From NCBI GenBank assembly GCA_038205245.1, contig JBBRCD010000005.1, positions 7,659 to 71,658 of the forward strand: a stretch of DNA of 64,000 bases, given 5' to 3'. The notes beneath the pieces are model-generated. The model was not told the origin of the DNA, did not search any database, and saw only the letters and a list, made by a program, of their open reading frames with translations. Shown piece by piece: positions 45,399 through 56,211 of this stretch (positions within the stretch are counted from its first letter, which is position 1; each line of letters begins with the position of its first letter). Source of the stretch: Burkholderiales bacterium. GTDB lineage: Bacteria; Pseudomonadota; Gammaproteobacteria; Burkholderiales; CAIKXV01. Both the position numbers and the translations under genes were made by a program.

Positions 45399-45795
45399 TC
45401 AAGTCTTGCTTCCTGCGTCCTCGCTGCCGATCTGCTCGACGGCCATAGCGGCCGACAAGATGGCGATGCGCTGGTGGTTGCCCAAGCTGAGGAGGTCGGC
45501 GTCGCCCGAGATGATGATCGTCGTCGGCATCGGCGGGCACCACGCGCGGCACGTCCTCGGGCTCGACCACTTCGACGATCTCGATGTAGTCGCCCAACAC
45601 TTCGTGTGCTGATCGGCCGATCACACCGAGCTGCTGGGTGGGCGATGGGGGACTGAGCACGTCGGCAAGTTCGGCCAACAATGCCGGGCTGCTGAACAGG
45701 CGGATATCGCTGCGCTGGCGGATGGCCTCAAGCAGCCGATAAGGCTTGCCGCGCCACAGCAGCGCGGACACGGCCACGTTGGTATCCAGAACTAT
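45399..45795 (-). pseudogene. degraded PIN-domain toxin (TIGR00305-like)
   Basis: IVLDTNVAVSALLWRGKPYRLLEAI...VVPADADDDH lies in one frame with no canonical start before the catalytic Asp (ATA/CTG only; the GTG at 45777 lies after it). The C-terminus IISGDADLLSLGNHQRIAILSAAMAVEQI* is in another frame. About 13 codons are missing at the junction near 45512-45520. Confidence 0.65.
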
Positions 45796-46070
45796 CCTCC
45801 AACCGCGTCCTTGCCCACTTGCTGGCCTGATTGATTGCGTGCGCTCCGCTCTGCGCGCGCGGCCTTCACTTCGGTGGCGATCTCGTCCTCGGTCATCGGC
45901 TCGACACCAGCGGCTTCGAGCGCCGGCGCGATGGCCAGGAGCCGATCAAACGCCGCGCGCTTCCTGCTCTTGGCCGCAAGGAACTCCACGAAGTCTTCGA
46001 CCTCGGCCACCTGCTGAGGCGACAACGCCTTGATCTTGGAAATCAGGTTCTGCTCGACAGTCATGTTCAT
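45792..46070 (-). CDS. putative type II antitoxin (DUF2281-like N-terminus)
   Basis: 92 aa, MNMTVEQNLISKIKALSPQQVAEVEDFVEFLAAK. The stop overlaps the first codons of the PIN reading frame. GAAGGGG RBS. Confidence 0.6.
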   Translation of the reverse strand: MNMTVEQNLISKIKALSPQQVAEVEDFVEFLAAKSRKRAAFDRLLAIAPALEAAGVEPMTEDEIATEVKAARAERSARNQSGQQVGKDAVGG

Positions 46071-46264
46071 TGCTCACCCCTTCACGTTGGGCCGGTCGGC
46101 GGATCAGGCCCTGAAGCTGCTTTTTGAGCCAGGACGCAGCCAGCAGTTTCTTCATCACGTTTCTGGCCGGGTTGCTCGATTGCTCGACTTCCTGACCTGC
46201 TGGTCGATATTCGGTCCAGATGAAACGCAAAAGAATGGTACCGCTGATACCTCTCGGTCGTGCC

Positions 46265-46282
46265 GGGGAATGTTCATTCCCC
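46265..46282 (-). terminator. hairpin GGGGAATG-TT-CATTCCCC just downstream of dctM
   Basis: Perfect inverted repeat 14 nt beyond the dctM stop. No clear U-tract. Confidence 0.35.
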
Positions 46283-46295
46283 GCGGGGCTTCCGC

Positions 46296-47624
<1,329 letters not shown>

Positions 47625-47633
47625 GCTGTGGCC

Positions 47634-48170
47634 TTACTGCAGTTCGCGCCGGTGCACTGGCGCCGGAGCGAGCCCGCGCAGGAAGGCGACCCGCTTGATG
47701 ATCTCGGACACGCCCTGCAGCGAGAGCAGGGCGAAGGCGATCGGAATCGCCAGCTTGATCGGCCAGCGGGCCAGTCCGCCGACATCGGGCGATTGCTCCC
47801 AGGCCTGGATCGACGACATGACCATCGGCATCGACAGCACGGTGAGTCCGATGGTGGTCGGCAGGAAGAACAGCAGGCCGCCGAGGATGTCGACCCAGGC
47901 CTGCCGCTGCGGGGTCATCCGCCCGTAGAGGATGTCCACCCGGACATGGGCGCCCTTGGCCAGGGTCCAGGCTGCGCCGAACAGGAAGATCAACGCGAAC
48001 ATGTACCACTGCGCTTCGATCAGGCTATTCGATCCGAAACGGAAGCCGTAGCGCAGGATGGCGTTGGCCGTGGCCACCAGCACCACCAGCAGGGTGAGCC
48101 AACAGACGACGCGGCCGATGCGTTCATTGACCGCATCGATCGCGCGCGACAGCGCGAGCAGCATGTTCAA
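47634..48170 (-). CDS. dctQ: TRAP transporter small permease (DctQ family)
   Basis: 178 aa, four TM segments, 9 nt upstream of dctM. Confidence 0.85.
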   Translation of the reverse strand: MNMLLALSRAIDAVNERIGRVVCWLTLLVVLVATANAILRYGFRFGSNSLIEAQWYMFALIFLFGAAWTLAKGAHVRVDILYGRMTPQRQAWVDILGGLLFFLPTTIGLTVLSMPMVMSSIQAWEQSPDVGGLARWPIKLAIPIAFALLSLQGVSEIIKRVAFLRGLAPAPVHRRELQ

Positions 48171-48375
48171 ACGGCTTCCCCCCGATTGGACGACCCTGAC
48201 AGCCAGCAGGAAAGTGAGTAGTTAACACGCTGCTGGCGCCGCTGCAAACGTCGCCAGCTCAGGCATCCGGGAGCGGCGCGCTCCGCTCGGGACGCTGACG
48301 CTGCAACGCAGCTTTCCGGCAGGGGCCCGCCCAAAACTTGCTAAAATCAAGCCTTTGCATCGTTCAGGAGCGCAC

Positions 48376-49626
48376 ATGTTCAGCGACAACGACCGGATCG
48401 AAGGCTTCGACCCTGAGCTTTGGAGCGCGATGCAGGCCGAGCGCCAGCGTCAGGAGGACCATATCGAGTTGATCGCGTCCGAGAACTATGCCAGCCCACG
48501 CGTGCTGGCCGCCCAGGGCTCGGTGCTCACCAACAAATATGCCGAGGGCTATCCGGGCAAGCGCTACTACGGCGGCTGCGAGTTCGTCGATATTGCCGAG
48601 ACATTGGCCATCGAGCGGGTCAAGGCACTGTTCGACGCGCCCTATGCCAACGTGCAGCCGCACTCCGGCGCGCAGGCCAACATGGGCGTCTATCTGGCGA
48701 TGCTCAAACCGGGCGACACGCTTCTGGGCATGTCGCTCGCCCATGGCGGGCACCTCACCCATGGCGCGGCGGTCAACTTCAGCGGCAAGATCTACCACGC
48801 GATCACCTACGGCCTCGACCCGAAGACCGAGGAGATCGACTACGCGCAGGTGGCGAGTCTCGCCCGCGAGCACAAGCCGAAGATGATCGTCGCCGGCGCC
48901 TCGGCCTATGCGCTGCGCATCGACTTCAAGCGCTTCCGGGAGATCGCCGACGAAGTCAGCGCCCTGTTTCTGGTCGACATGGCGCATTACTCCGGCCTGG
49001 TTGCCGCCGGGGTCTATCCGAGTCCGGTGCCCTATGCCGACTTCATCACCAGCACCACCCACAAGACGCTGCGCGGTCCGCGCGGGGGCTTCATCCTGTC
49101 GAAGACCGAGGCGCATGCAAAAGCGGTCAACTCGGCGATTTTTCCCGGTGTGCAGGGTGGTCCGCTGATGCATGTCATCGCTGCGAAGGCAGTGGCATTC
49201 AAGGAGGCGATGGAGCCGTCGTTCAAGGTCTATCAGACCCAGGTGATCGACAACGCGCGTGCGATGGCCAGCGCGCTGCAGGCACGCGGACTGCGCATTG
49301 TCTCCGGGCGCACCGACTGCCATCTGTTCCTGGTCGATCTGCGCCAGAAGAAGGTCACTGGCAAGGACGCCGAGGCGCTGCTCGGTGAAGTGAACATGAC
49401 GGTGAACAAGAACGCCATCCCGAACGACCCGGAAAAGCCGTTCGTCACCAGCGGCATCCGCCTGGGCTCACCGGCGATGACCACGCGCGGATTCGGCGTC
49501 GCCGAAGTCACCCGCGTTGGTGAGTTGCTTGCCGATGTGCTCGATGCCCCGGGTGACCCGAAGGTGCAGGAATTGGTGCGCGCCGAGGTGAAGGCGCTGT
49601 GCGCGCGCTTTCCGGTCTACCGGTGA
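48376..49626 (+). CDS. glyA: serine hydroxymethyltransferase
   Basis: 416 aa from [16 protein letters not shown] with AGGAG upstream. LIASENY motif and PLP-lysine block [12 protein letters not shown]. Confidence 0.97.
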   Translation: MFSDNDRIEGFDPELWSAMQAERQRQEDHIELIASENYASPRVLAAQGSVLTNKYAEGYPGKRYYGGCEFVDIAETLAIERVKALFDAPYANVQPHSGAQANMGVYLAMLKPGDTLLGMSLAHGGHLTHGAAVNFSGKIYHAITYGLDPKTEEIDYAQVASLAREHKPKMIVAGASAYALRIDFKRFREIADEVSALFLVDMAHYSGLVAAGVYPSPVPYADFITSTTHKTLRGPRGGFILSKTEAHAKAVNSAIFPGVQGGPLMHVIAAKAVAFKEAMEPSFKVYQTQVIDNARAMASALQARGLRIVSGRTDCHLFLVDLRQKKVTGKDAEALLGEVNMTVNKNAIPNDPEKPFVTSGIRLGSPAMTTRGFGVAEVTRVGELLADVLDAPGDPKVQELVRAEVKALCARFPVYR

Positions 49627-49648
49627 ACATCATCGGGCGCGCGCTGAA

Positions 49649-50125
49649 GTGAAGTGCCCGTGCGCGAAGGCGAGTGACACCAAGGTGGTCGATTCGCGCG
49701 AGAGCGATGATGGCAAGACCATCCGGCGGCGGCGCGCCTGCCTCACCTGCGACAAGCGGTTCACCACGTTCGAGAAGTTCGAACTGCGCATGCCGCACAT
49801 CATCAAGGGCAGCGGTATCCGCGAGGAGTATGACGAGGACAAGCTTCGGGTGGGCTTCGAGCGCGCGCTGCACAAGCGCCCGGTGCCCACCGAATATGTC
49901 GATGCGGCGGTCGACCGGGTGACCCAGAAGCTGCTGTCGATGTCCGAGCGCGAAGTCGACTCGCGCAAGGTGGGCGAACTGGTGATGCTCGAGCTGAAGA
50001 AGCTCGACAAGGTCGGGTACATCCGTTTTGCGTCGGTGTATCGCGACTTTCAGGATGTGGACGACTTCCGGGACGCGATCAAGGAAGTGCAGAGCGTCCC
50101 CTCCCGCAGGCGAAAGCCCGCGTGA
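49649..50125 (+). CDS. nrdR: transcriptional repressor NrdR
   Basis: 158 aa, GTG start. DTKVVDSR, RRRRACLTCDKRFTTFE and a C-terminal ATP-cone. The N-terminal Cys pair reads CPC rather than CPFC. Confidence 0.9.
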   Translation: MKCPCAKASDTKVVDSRESDDGKTIRRRRACLTCDKRFTTFEKFELRMPHIIKGSGIREEYDEDKLRVGFERALHKRPVPTEYVDAAVDRVTQKLLSMSEREVDSRKVGELVMLELKKLDKVGYIRFASVYRDFQDVDDFRDAIKEVQSVPSRRRKPA

Positions 50126-51279
50126 GGGTGGCCGGCGCGGCGGCGGCTTCGACTTCGCCAACCACGGCGTTCTCCGACGCTGACCGTGGCTGGATGGCGC
50201 GCGCGCTCGAACTTGCGGCGCGCGGGCTGTTCACCACCATGCCCAACCCGCGCGTCGGTTGCGTACTGGTGCGCGATGGTGCGATCCTGGGCGAGGGCTT
50301 TCATGCGATCGCTGGCGGTCCGCATGCCGAAGTGGAAGCGCTGCGCTCGGCCGGCGGGCAGGCGCGCGGCGCGACAGCGTATGTCACGCTCGAGCCGTGC
50401 AGCCACTTCGGACGCACGCCGCCCTGCGCCGATACGCTGGTCGAGGCTGGTGTCACCCGGGTGGTGGTGGCGATGCAGGATCCGAATCCGAAGGTCTCGG
50501 GTCGCGGCTTTGATCGATTGCGCGCAGCCGGGGTCGATGTCGCATCCGGGCTGCTGGAGGCCGAGGCGATCGAACTCAACCTGGGCTTCATCTCGCGTAT
50601 GACCCGCGGGCGTCCCTGGGTCAGGCTCAAGGTCGCGGCCAGCCTTGACGGGCGCACCGCGCTCGCCAACCGGGTCAGCCAGTGGATCACCGGCGAAGCT
50701 GCACGAGCCGATGCCCATCGTTGGCGGGCGCGCTCCTGCGCGGTGCTCACCGGCATCGGTACCGTGCGCGAGGACGACCCCAGGCTGACCGTGCGCGCGA
50801 TCGACACGCCGCGCCAGCCGCTGCCCGTGGTGATCGATTCGAAGCTCGAATTGTTGCCTGCAGCGAAGCTGCTGGACGTGGGCAGGGCTCTGGTGTACTG
50901 CGCGGTCGAGCGCGATACGGCGAGTCGGGCGCTGCGCGCCCGTGGCGCCGAGGTGGTGGCGATCCCGAATGCCGCGGGCAAGGTCGACCTGCCGGCGATG
51001 CTGGACGACCTCGGGCGCCGGGGCATCAACGAGGTGCTGGTGGAAACCGGCGCACGGCTCAATGGTTCGCTGCTGAGGGAAGGCTGTGTCGATGAACTGC
51101 TGGCGTACATCGCCCCCAGTGTGCTCGGCGAGCGCTCGCTCGGGATGTTCGACTTGCCCGCGATGGATGCGCTTGCCGCGCGGAGCGCGTTACGATTCAC
51201 CGATGTCGTCCGGATCGGCGACGATCTTCGCCTGATGGCGCGGGTCGAGCGCCTGCCGGGTCCGTTTTCAGGTTCATGA
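50122..51279 (+). CDS. ribD: bifunctional riboflavin biosynthesis deaminase/reductase RibD
   Basis: 385 aa. Deaminase zinc motifs HAEVEAL and TLEPCSHFGRTPPC. GTG start overlaps the nrdR stop (exact start uncertain). Confidence 0.9.
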   Translation: MRVAGAAAASTSPTTAFSDADRGWMARALELAARGLFTTMPNPRVGCVLVRDGAILGEGFHAIAGGPHAEVEALRSAGGQARGATAYVTLEPCSHFGRTPPCADTLVEAGVTRVVVAMQDPNPKVSGRGFDRLRAAGVDVASGLLEAEAIELNLGFISRMTRGRPWVRLKVAASLDGRTALANRVSQWITGEAARADAHRWRARSCAVLTGIGTVREDDPRLTVRAIDTPRQPLPVVIDSKLELLPAAKLLDVGRALVYCAVERDTASRALRARGAEVVAIPNAAGKVDLPAMLDDLGRRGINEVLVETGARLNGSLLREGCVDELLAYIAPSVLGERSLGMFDLPAMDALAARSALRFTDVVRIGDDLRLMARVERLPGPFSGS

Positions 51280-51292
51280 GGGGACGCCACTG

Positions 51293-51913
51293 ATGTTCAC
51301 CGGGATCGTCGCCGCGGTCGGCTCGATCGTTGCCCGCAGTCCGCTTGCCGGCGGCTTTCGTATCACCATCGACAGTGCCGGGCTCGGTCTTGACGATGTC
51401 GCGTTAGGGGACAGCATTGCAGTCGACGGCTGCTGTCTCACGGTGGTCGACAAGACCGGCGCAATGGCGGGCTTCGATGTATCGCTCGAGTCGATCGCGC
51501 GCACCGCGGGGTTCGATCTGGGGCGCCGGGTCAATCTCGAGAAGGCGCTGCGACTGTCCGACCGGCTGGGCGGGCATCTGGTCAGCGGTCATGTCGACGG
51601 CGTCGGCACGATATGCGAATTCAGCCAGATCGGCGAGAGCTGGACACTCGTCGTGGAGACCCCCCCGGGGCTGGGACGCTATCTGGCCGAGAAGGGTTCG
51701 ATCACCATCAACGGCATCAGTCTCACGGTGAACGCGGTCAGCGACCGCGCCGGCCCGACGGGCACGCCGGTGACCGGGTTCAGCGTCAACGTGATTCCGC
51801 ACACGTTGGCGATGACCAACCTGGCCGACCATCGCGTCGGCGCCAGAGTCAACCTGGAAGTCGACCTGCTCGCGCGCTATGTGCAGCGGCTGATGGTGGC
51901 CGGCGCGCACTGA
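51293..51913 (+). CDS. ribE: riboflavin synthase
   Basis: 206 aa, begins MFTGIV, with the internal duplication typical of the family. Confidence 0.9.
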   Translation: MFTGIVAAVGSIVARSPLAGGFRITIDSAGLGLDDVALGDSIAVDGCCLTVVDKTGAMAGFDVSLESIARTAGFDLGRRVNLEKALRLSDRLGGHLVSGHVDGVGTICEFSQIGESWTLVVETPPGLGRYLAEKGSITINGISLTVNAVSDRAGPTGTPVTGFSVNVIPHTLAMTNLADHRVGARVNLEVDLLARYVQRLMVAGAH

Positions 51914-52087
51914 GCGGGCGTGTGGGATGAACCGCGCGCCGCCGGTCGAAACCGCTGGTTCGCGCCGGCAGGCCTTTCCGGGCGATAATCAAGGGCTTGT
52001 CTGGTCGCCTGCCGACCGTTTACTAGGCCTTCGCTTTGGCCTCGGCAGACCCACCCAGCTCCCCAGTACGATTGAATTTCGACTCCG

Positions 52088-53269
52088 ATGCCGATCAGCA
52101 CCACCACAGAAATCATTGCCGAGATCCGGGCCGGCCGAATGGTCGTCCTGGTCGACGAGGAAGACCGCGAAAACGAGGGCGACCTGGTGATGGCGGCCGA
52201 GTTCGTCACGCCCGAGTCGATCAACTTCATGGCCAAGCATGGCCGGGGCCTGATCTGTCTGACCCTGACCGCGGCGCACTGCCGCCAGCTCGACCTGCCG
52301 CTGATGGTCCGCGACAACCGCTCGCCGATGGGCACCAACTTCACCCTGTCGATCGAAGCTGCCGAGGGGGTGACGACCGGCATCTCGGCCCATGACCGGG
52401 CGCATACCGTGCGCACCGCAGTGCGGCCGGATGCGGCACCGGCGGACATCGTTCATCCCGGGCACATCTTTCCGTTGCGTGCCCAGCCGGGTGGGGTGCT
52501 GGTGCGCGCCGGTCATACCGAAGCCGGCTGCGATCTGGCGCAGATGGCGGGCGTGACGCCCGCGTCGGTGATCTGCGAGATTCTGAAAGACGATGGCACG
52601 ATGGCGCGGCTGCCCGACCTGCTGGTGTTTGCCGAAGCGCATGGCCTGAAGGTCGGCACCATCGCCGACATGATCCACTACCGCAGCCGCACCGAGTCAT
52701 TCATCGAACGGGCCGGCGAGCGCGAGATCGAGACGCCCCACGGGCGATTCACGCTGGTGACCTTTCGCGACAAGCTGGCGACCGCCACCCATCTTGCGCT
52801 GGTGCACGGTCAGCCCAGGCCGGGCGAGGAAGTGCTGGTGCGGGTGCACGAGCCGATCTCGATCGTCGACCTGCTCGACGCCGGCAGCGCGACCCATTCC
52901 TGGAACGTGCATGCCGCGATGCAGGCGATCGTCAAGGCCGGATGCGGGGCGATCATCCTGCTGCACCGGCCAGAGTCGCCCGACCAGTTGCTGGAGCGGG
53001 CGACACGCGCCGGCCCCCCCCCGAAGCGCGGGCGGATGGACCTGCGTGACTATGGCATTGGCGCCCAGATCATCAAACAACTCGGCATCACCCGGATGCG
53101 CGTTCTGGCGCAACCCAGACGCATGCCCAGCATGACTGGCTTCGATCTGGAAGTGACCGGCTACCTGCTGCCGGACGGTCCGGTTGAACTGCCTGGCGTG
53201 GCGCCGGCGCAGACCGCGACCGTGTCGCCGCTGCGGCCCGCCGCGCCGAAAAAGGAGACCCGCCGATGA
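52088..53269 (+). CDS. ribBA: bifunctional 3,4-dihydroxy-2-butanone-4-phosphate synthase / GTP cyclohydrolase II-like protein
   Basis: 393 aa. DHBP synthase block [20 protein letters not shown] and a RibA-like C-terminal half. Confidence 0.9.
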   Translation: MPISTTTEIIAEIRAGRMVVLVDEEDRENEGDLVMAAEFVTPESINFMAKHGRGLICLTLTAAHCRQLDLPLMVRDNRSPMGTNFTLSIEAAEGVTTGISAHDRAHTVRTAVRPDAAPADIVHPGHIFPLRAQPGGVLVRAGHTEAGCDLAQMAGVTPASVICEILKDDGTMARLPDLLVFAEAHGLKVGTIADMIHYRSRTESFIERAGEREIETPHGRFTLVTFRDKLATATHLALVHGQPRPGEEVLVRVHEPISIVDLLDAGSATHSWNVHAAMQAIVKAGCGAIILLHRPESPDQLLERATRAGPPPKRGRMDLRDYGIGAQIIKQLGITRMRVLAQPRRMPSMTGFDLEVTGYLLPDGPVELPGVAPAQTATVSPLRPAAPKKETRR

Positions 53270-53754
53270 CCGCCCCCCCGACGCTGAGCAGCAATTCTTT
53301 TGCGCCGGTTCTGGACGGCAGCGGCCTGCGTATCGGCATCGTGCAGGGCCGCTTCAACGAGTCGATCGGCACTGCTGAACTGGCGTCCTGCCTGGACGAA
53401 CTGAAGCAGCTGGGTGTCGCCCCGGGGCGCATCGTTCAGTGCACTGTGCCGGGCGCGCTGGAGATTCCGCTGGTGTTGCAAAAACTCGCCCATACCCGGC
53501 GCTTCGATGCGCTGATCGCGCTTGGCGCAGTGATCCGCGGCGAGACCTATCACTTCGAGGTGGTGTCCAACGAGTCCTGTGCCGGCATCTCGAGTGTCAC
53601 CCTGGACAGCGGCATTCCGGTCGCCAATGGCATCCTGACCACCGAAACCGATCTGCAGGCCGAGGTTCGAGCGGCCGAAAAGGGACGCGATTGCGCCCGG
53701 GCCGCGGTCGAGATGGCCAACCTGCTGCGAAGAATCGACGATGCCGCGCGCTGA
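53266..53754 (+). CDS. ribH: 6,7-dimethyl-8-ribityllumazine synthase
   Basis: 162 aa. [11 protein letters not shown] and [10 protein letters not shown] motifs. Confidence 0.92.
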   Translation: MTAPPTLSSNSFAPVLDGSGLRIGIVQGRFNESIGTAELASCLDELKQLGVAPGRIVQCTVPGALEIPLVLQKLAHTRRFDALIALGAVIRGETYHFEVVSNESCAGISSVTLDSGIPVANGILTTETDLQAEVRAAEKGRDCARAAVEMANLLRRIDDAAR

Positions 53755-54400
53755 TTCGCGCGCGGCCGGCGGCGGGCGCAATGCCCGGCGGCGGGCGCGC
53801 GAGTTTGCGCTCCAGGGGCTCTATCAATGGCTTTTGGCGCAAGCGGCACCGACCGACATTCTCTGGCATCTGCGCGAGCAGGAGGAGTACGAGCAGGCAG
53901 ATGGCGCTTTCGTGGAGCACCTGGTGCTTGGCGCGACTGGCGGCGCGGAAGAACTGTCGGACTGGATGCAACCTTTTCTCGATCGCCCGATCAAAGCCCT
54001 GAGTCCGGTCGAGCGCGCTATTCTCCTGCTCGGCGCTTTCGAGCTGCGCACCGCGCCCGAGGCCGGATACGGTGCGCCCTACCGGGTGGTGATCAACGAG
54101 GCGGTGGAACTGGCCAAGCGTTTCGGTGGTACGGACGGGCACAAGTATGTGAACGGGGTGCTGGACAAGCTTGCCAGCACGGTTCGAGGCGAGGAGCTTG
54201 CGCCGGAGCCGCGCCCGGGCAGACGCGCCGCGGGTCGGCGCAAGGCGACCGGCGGGGGTTCAGCTGACGCTGCCACGATAGACCTGCCGGCCGGTGAAAA
54301 TGTGACACTCAGCGTGAAGCCAAGCGTGAAACCGAACGTGACACCCAGCGTAACAACCAACGTCTCACGCAGCCGCGCGACCCCCAGCGATTCCGAATGA
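53741..54400 (+). CDS. nusB: transcription antitermination factor NusB with a C-terminal repeat extension
   Basis: 219 aa. The NusB core [16 protein letters not shown]...[10 protein letters not shown] is followed by about 60 extra residues that include tetrapeptide repeats. Confidence 0.85.
   Translation: MPRADSRAAGGGRNARRRAREFALQGLYQWLLAQAAPTDILWHLREQEEYEQADGAFVEHLVLGATGGAEELSDWMQPFLDRPIKALSPVERAILLLGAFELRTAPEAGYGAPYRVVINEAVELAKRFGGTDGHKYVNGVLDKLASTVRGEELAPEPRPGRRAAGRRKATGGGSADAATIDLPAGENVTLSVKPSVKPNVTPSVTTNVSRSRATPSDSE
54299..54370. repeat. 12-nt in-frame degenerate tandem repeat x6
   Basis: AATGTGACACTC AGCGTGAAGCCA AGCGTGAAACCG AACGTGACACCC AGCGTAACAACC AACGTCTCACGC, encoding [24 protein letters not shown]. 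Confidence 0.85.
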
Positions 54401-54416
54401 CCGGCAGGAGCCTTGC

Positions 54417-54677
54417 ATGTTTTCCGTGAAGATCCGTATCTACCTGTTCTACGTTGCGGCGATTTTCTTCGCCGCCGTCGGTCTGTGGCTGCTCGGCCGG
54501 GGCCTGTTCGGTAACGGCGGGCTGCAGAGCCTGATCATCGGCGGGCTGATGTTTGCCACCGGCGTCGTCGACTACGCGATGGGCAGCCACCTGCAGCGCA
54601 TCTATCTGCAGCAGTCCGCGCCGGCCCCGGCGGCCAACGACAGCCAGGCCGGCTCGCCGGGCGGCCACGCGGGCTGA
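54417..54677 (+). CDS. hypothetical small membrane protein
   Basis: 86-aa ORF with two predicted TM helices (IYLFYVAAIFFAAVGLWLL and LIIGGLMFATGVV). GC-rich third positions. Fills the nusB-thiL gap. No recognisable family. Confidence 0.45.
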   Translation: MFSVKIRIYLFYVAAIFFAAVGLWLLGRGLFGNGGLQSLIIGGLMFATGVVDYAMGSHLQRIYLQQSAPAPAANDSQAGSPGGHAG

Positions 54678-54737
54678 CCCGGTGCCCGGCGCGCTGCCTT
54701 CGAGCGGCCAGCCGCGGCAGCGAGCGCAGGAGTTGCG

Positions 54738-55709
54738 GTGAGCGGCGAGTTCGGTCTGATTGCACGGCACTTCGTATGGCCGGCGCCGGGCGCCGATCTC
54801 GGTGTGGGCGATGACGCCGCGCTGCTGTCGGTCGGGGCAGGCATGCAGCTGGTGGTGTCGACCGACCTGCTGGTCAGCGGTACCCATTTCCTGGCGGACA
54901 CCGATGCGCAGCGTCTCGGGCGCAAGGCGCTGGCGGTCAACCTGTCCGACATGGCGGCGATGGGTGCGCGCCCGCGCTGGGCGACGCTGGCGCTGGCGCT
55001 GCCTGCGGTGGATGAAACCTGGCTTTCGGCCTTCGCGCTCGGGCTGCGCACACTGGCCCAGGCGCAGTCGACCGAGCTGGTCGGCGGTGACACCACCCGC
55101 GGACCGTTGACCATCGGCATCACCATCCTGGGTGAGGTGCCGCGCGGGCAGGCGTTGCGCCGCGACCGGGCACAGCCCGGCGACGACGTATGGGTGTCGG
55201 GCACGCTGGGCGACGCGGCAGTCGCGCTCGCGCAGTTGAACGGGGCGCACCTGCCTGACGCACAACTGCTCGACGCAGCTGCATTCGATCAATGCCGGCA
55301 GCGTCTCGAAGCACCCGAGCCGCGGGTGGCGCTGGGCGTCGCGCTGCTTGGGCTGGCCAACGCAGCGATCGACATCTCCGACGGCTTCGCGGCTGATCTT
55401 GGTCATATCCTCGAGCGCTCCGGGGTCGCTGCCCGTGTGGCCTATGACCGGCTGCCGCTATCGCCAGCGCTTGCCGGGCTGCGTTTCGAGCCGTCGGTCG
55501 TGCAGGCGATCATCGCCGGTGGCGACGACTACGAGCTGTGCTTCACGGCACCGCGCTCGGCGCGCGCGCAGGTCGAAGCCGCCGCGCTCGCCGCGGGCAC
55601 CCCGGTGACCCGCTGCGGCGAGATCCTGGCCGGGGTCGGCCTGCAACTGCTCGACGCCGATGGCCACACGCTGCCCCTGGCGCGCAGCGGATTCGATCAC
55701 TTTGGCTGA
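54738..55709 (+). CDS. thiL: thiamine-monophosphate kinase
   Basis: 323 aa, GTG start. EFGLIARHF...GVGDDAALL and the AIR-synthase-like fold pattern. Confidence 0.9.
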   Translation: MSGEFGLIARHFVWPAPGADLGVGDDAALLSVGAGMQLVVSTDLLVSGTHFLADTDAQRLGRKALAVNLSDMAAMGARPRWATLALALPAVDETWLSAFALGLRTLAQAQSTELVGGDTTRGPLTIGITILGEVPRGQALRRDRAQPGDDVWVSGTLGDAAVALAQLNGAHLPDAQLLDAAAFDQCRQRLEAPEPRVALGVALLGLANAAIDISDGFAADLGHILERSGVAARVAYDRLPLSPALAGLRFEPSVVQAIIAGGDDYELCFTAPRSARAQVEAAALAAGTPVTRCGEILAGVGLQLLDADGHTLPLARSGFDHFG

Positions 55710-56211
55710 GCCGCCCAGCGCTTCGCCAGCGGCGCGCCGCGCCGATGCCCGCTGGGTGTTCAGCGATCCGGCCGCGTTCATCGCCTTCGGTGCCGGCAGC
55801 GGACTGGCACCCCGCGCCCCGGGCACTGTCGGCACGCTGGTGGCGTTTCCGTTGCACTGGCTGCTGGTCTACATGCTGCCGCCGATGGCGCATCTGCTGG
55901 CTATCGCCGGCCTGTTCGCGCTGGGAGTGTGGGCGTGTGGGGCGGCCGGACGCGCACTCGGTGTCGCCGATCACGGCGGCATCGTGATCGATGAGGTGGT
56001 GGCGTTCCTGTTCGTGCTGTGGGCAGTGCCGGCGTTGTGGTGGGCCTGGCTGTTGGGGTTCGGCCTGTTCCGGTTGTTCGACATCTGGAAGCCGCAGCCG
56101 ATCCGCTGGTTCGACCGCAACCTCAAGGGCGGCTTGGGCGTGATGTTCGACGACTTTCTGGCGGCGGCGGCAACATTGCTTGTGTTCGCCATCCCCGCTA
56201 TCTTTCGTTAA
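55660..56211 (+). CDS. pgpA: phosphatidylglycerophosphatase A
   Basis: FGAGSGLAPRAPGTVGTL, DHGGIVIDEV and FRLFDIWKP motifs. The start may be the TTG at 55702 that overlaps the thiL stop. Confidence 0.85.
   Translation: MATRCPWRAADSITLAEPPSASPAARRADARWVFSDPAAFIAFGAGSGLAPRAPGTVGTLVAFPLHWLLVYMLPPMAHLLAIAGLFALGVWACGAAGRALGVADHGGIVIDEVVAFLFVLWAVPALWWAWLLGFGLFRLFDIWKPQPIRWFDRNLKGGLGVMFDDFLAAAATLLVFAIPAIFR

Noticed and set aside
46071-46260. Small minus-strand ORF (MKKLLAASWLKKQLQGLIRRPAQ...) upstream of the antitoxin as a third TA component.
   Set aside because: It runs into the antitoxin gene in a different frame. It has no recognisable family or RBS, and the region shows no coding-like third-position bias.
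45298-46295. Mobile element (IS or integrase-bearing island) between the TRAP genes.
   Set aside because: Only a toxin-antitoxin remnant and lower GC content are visible. There is no transposase or integrase ORF and no terminal inverted repeats that I could define, so I report it as an insert of unknown origin rather than a mobile element.
48171-48375. ZTP/pfl or glycine-type riboswitch in the 205-nt region upstream of glyA.
   Set aside because: No GGGTCGTGACTGGCG...CCGCCTGGGCA-type pseudoknot signature or tandem glycine aptamer cores could be recognised on the glyA strand.
51914-52087. FMN (RFN) riboswitch upstream of ribBA.
   Set aside because: I looked for the conserved GGGCAGGGTGAAATTCCC...ACCGGCGGT and CCGACAGT...GTCTGGATG cores and found neither. 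Only ordinary hairpins are present (for example CGGCAGGC...GCCTGCCG).
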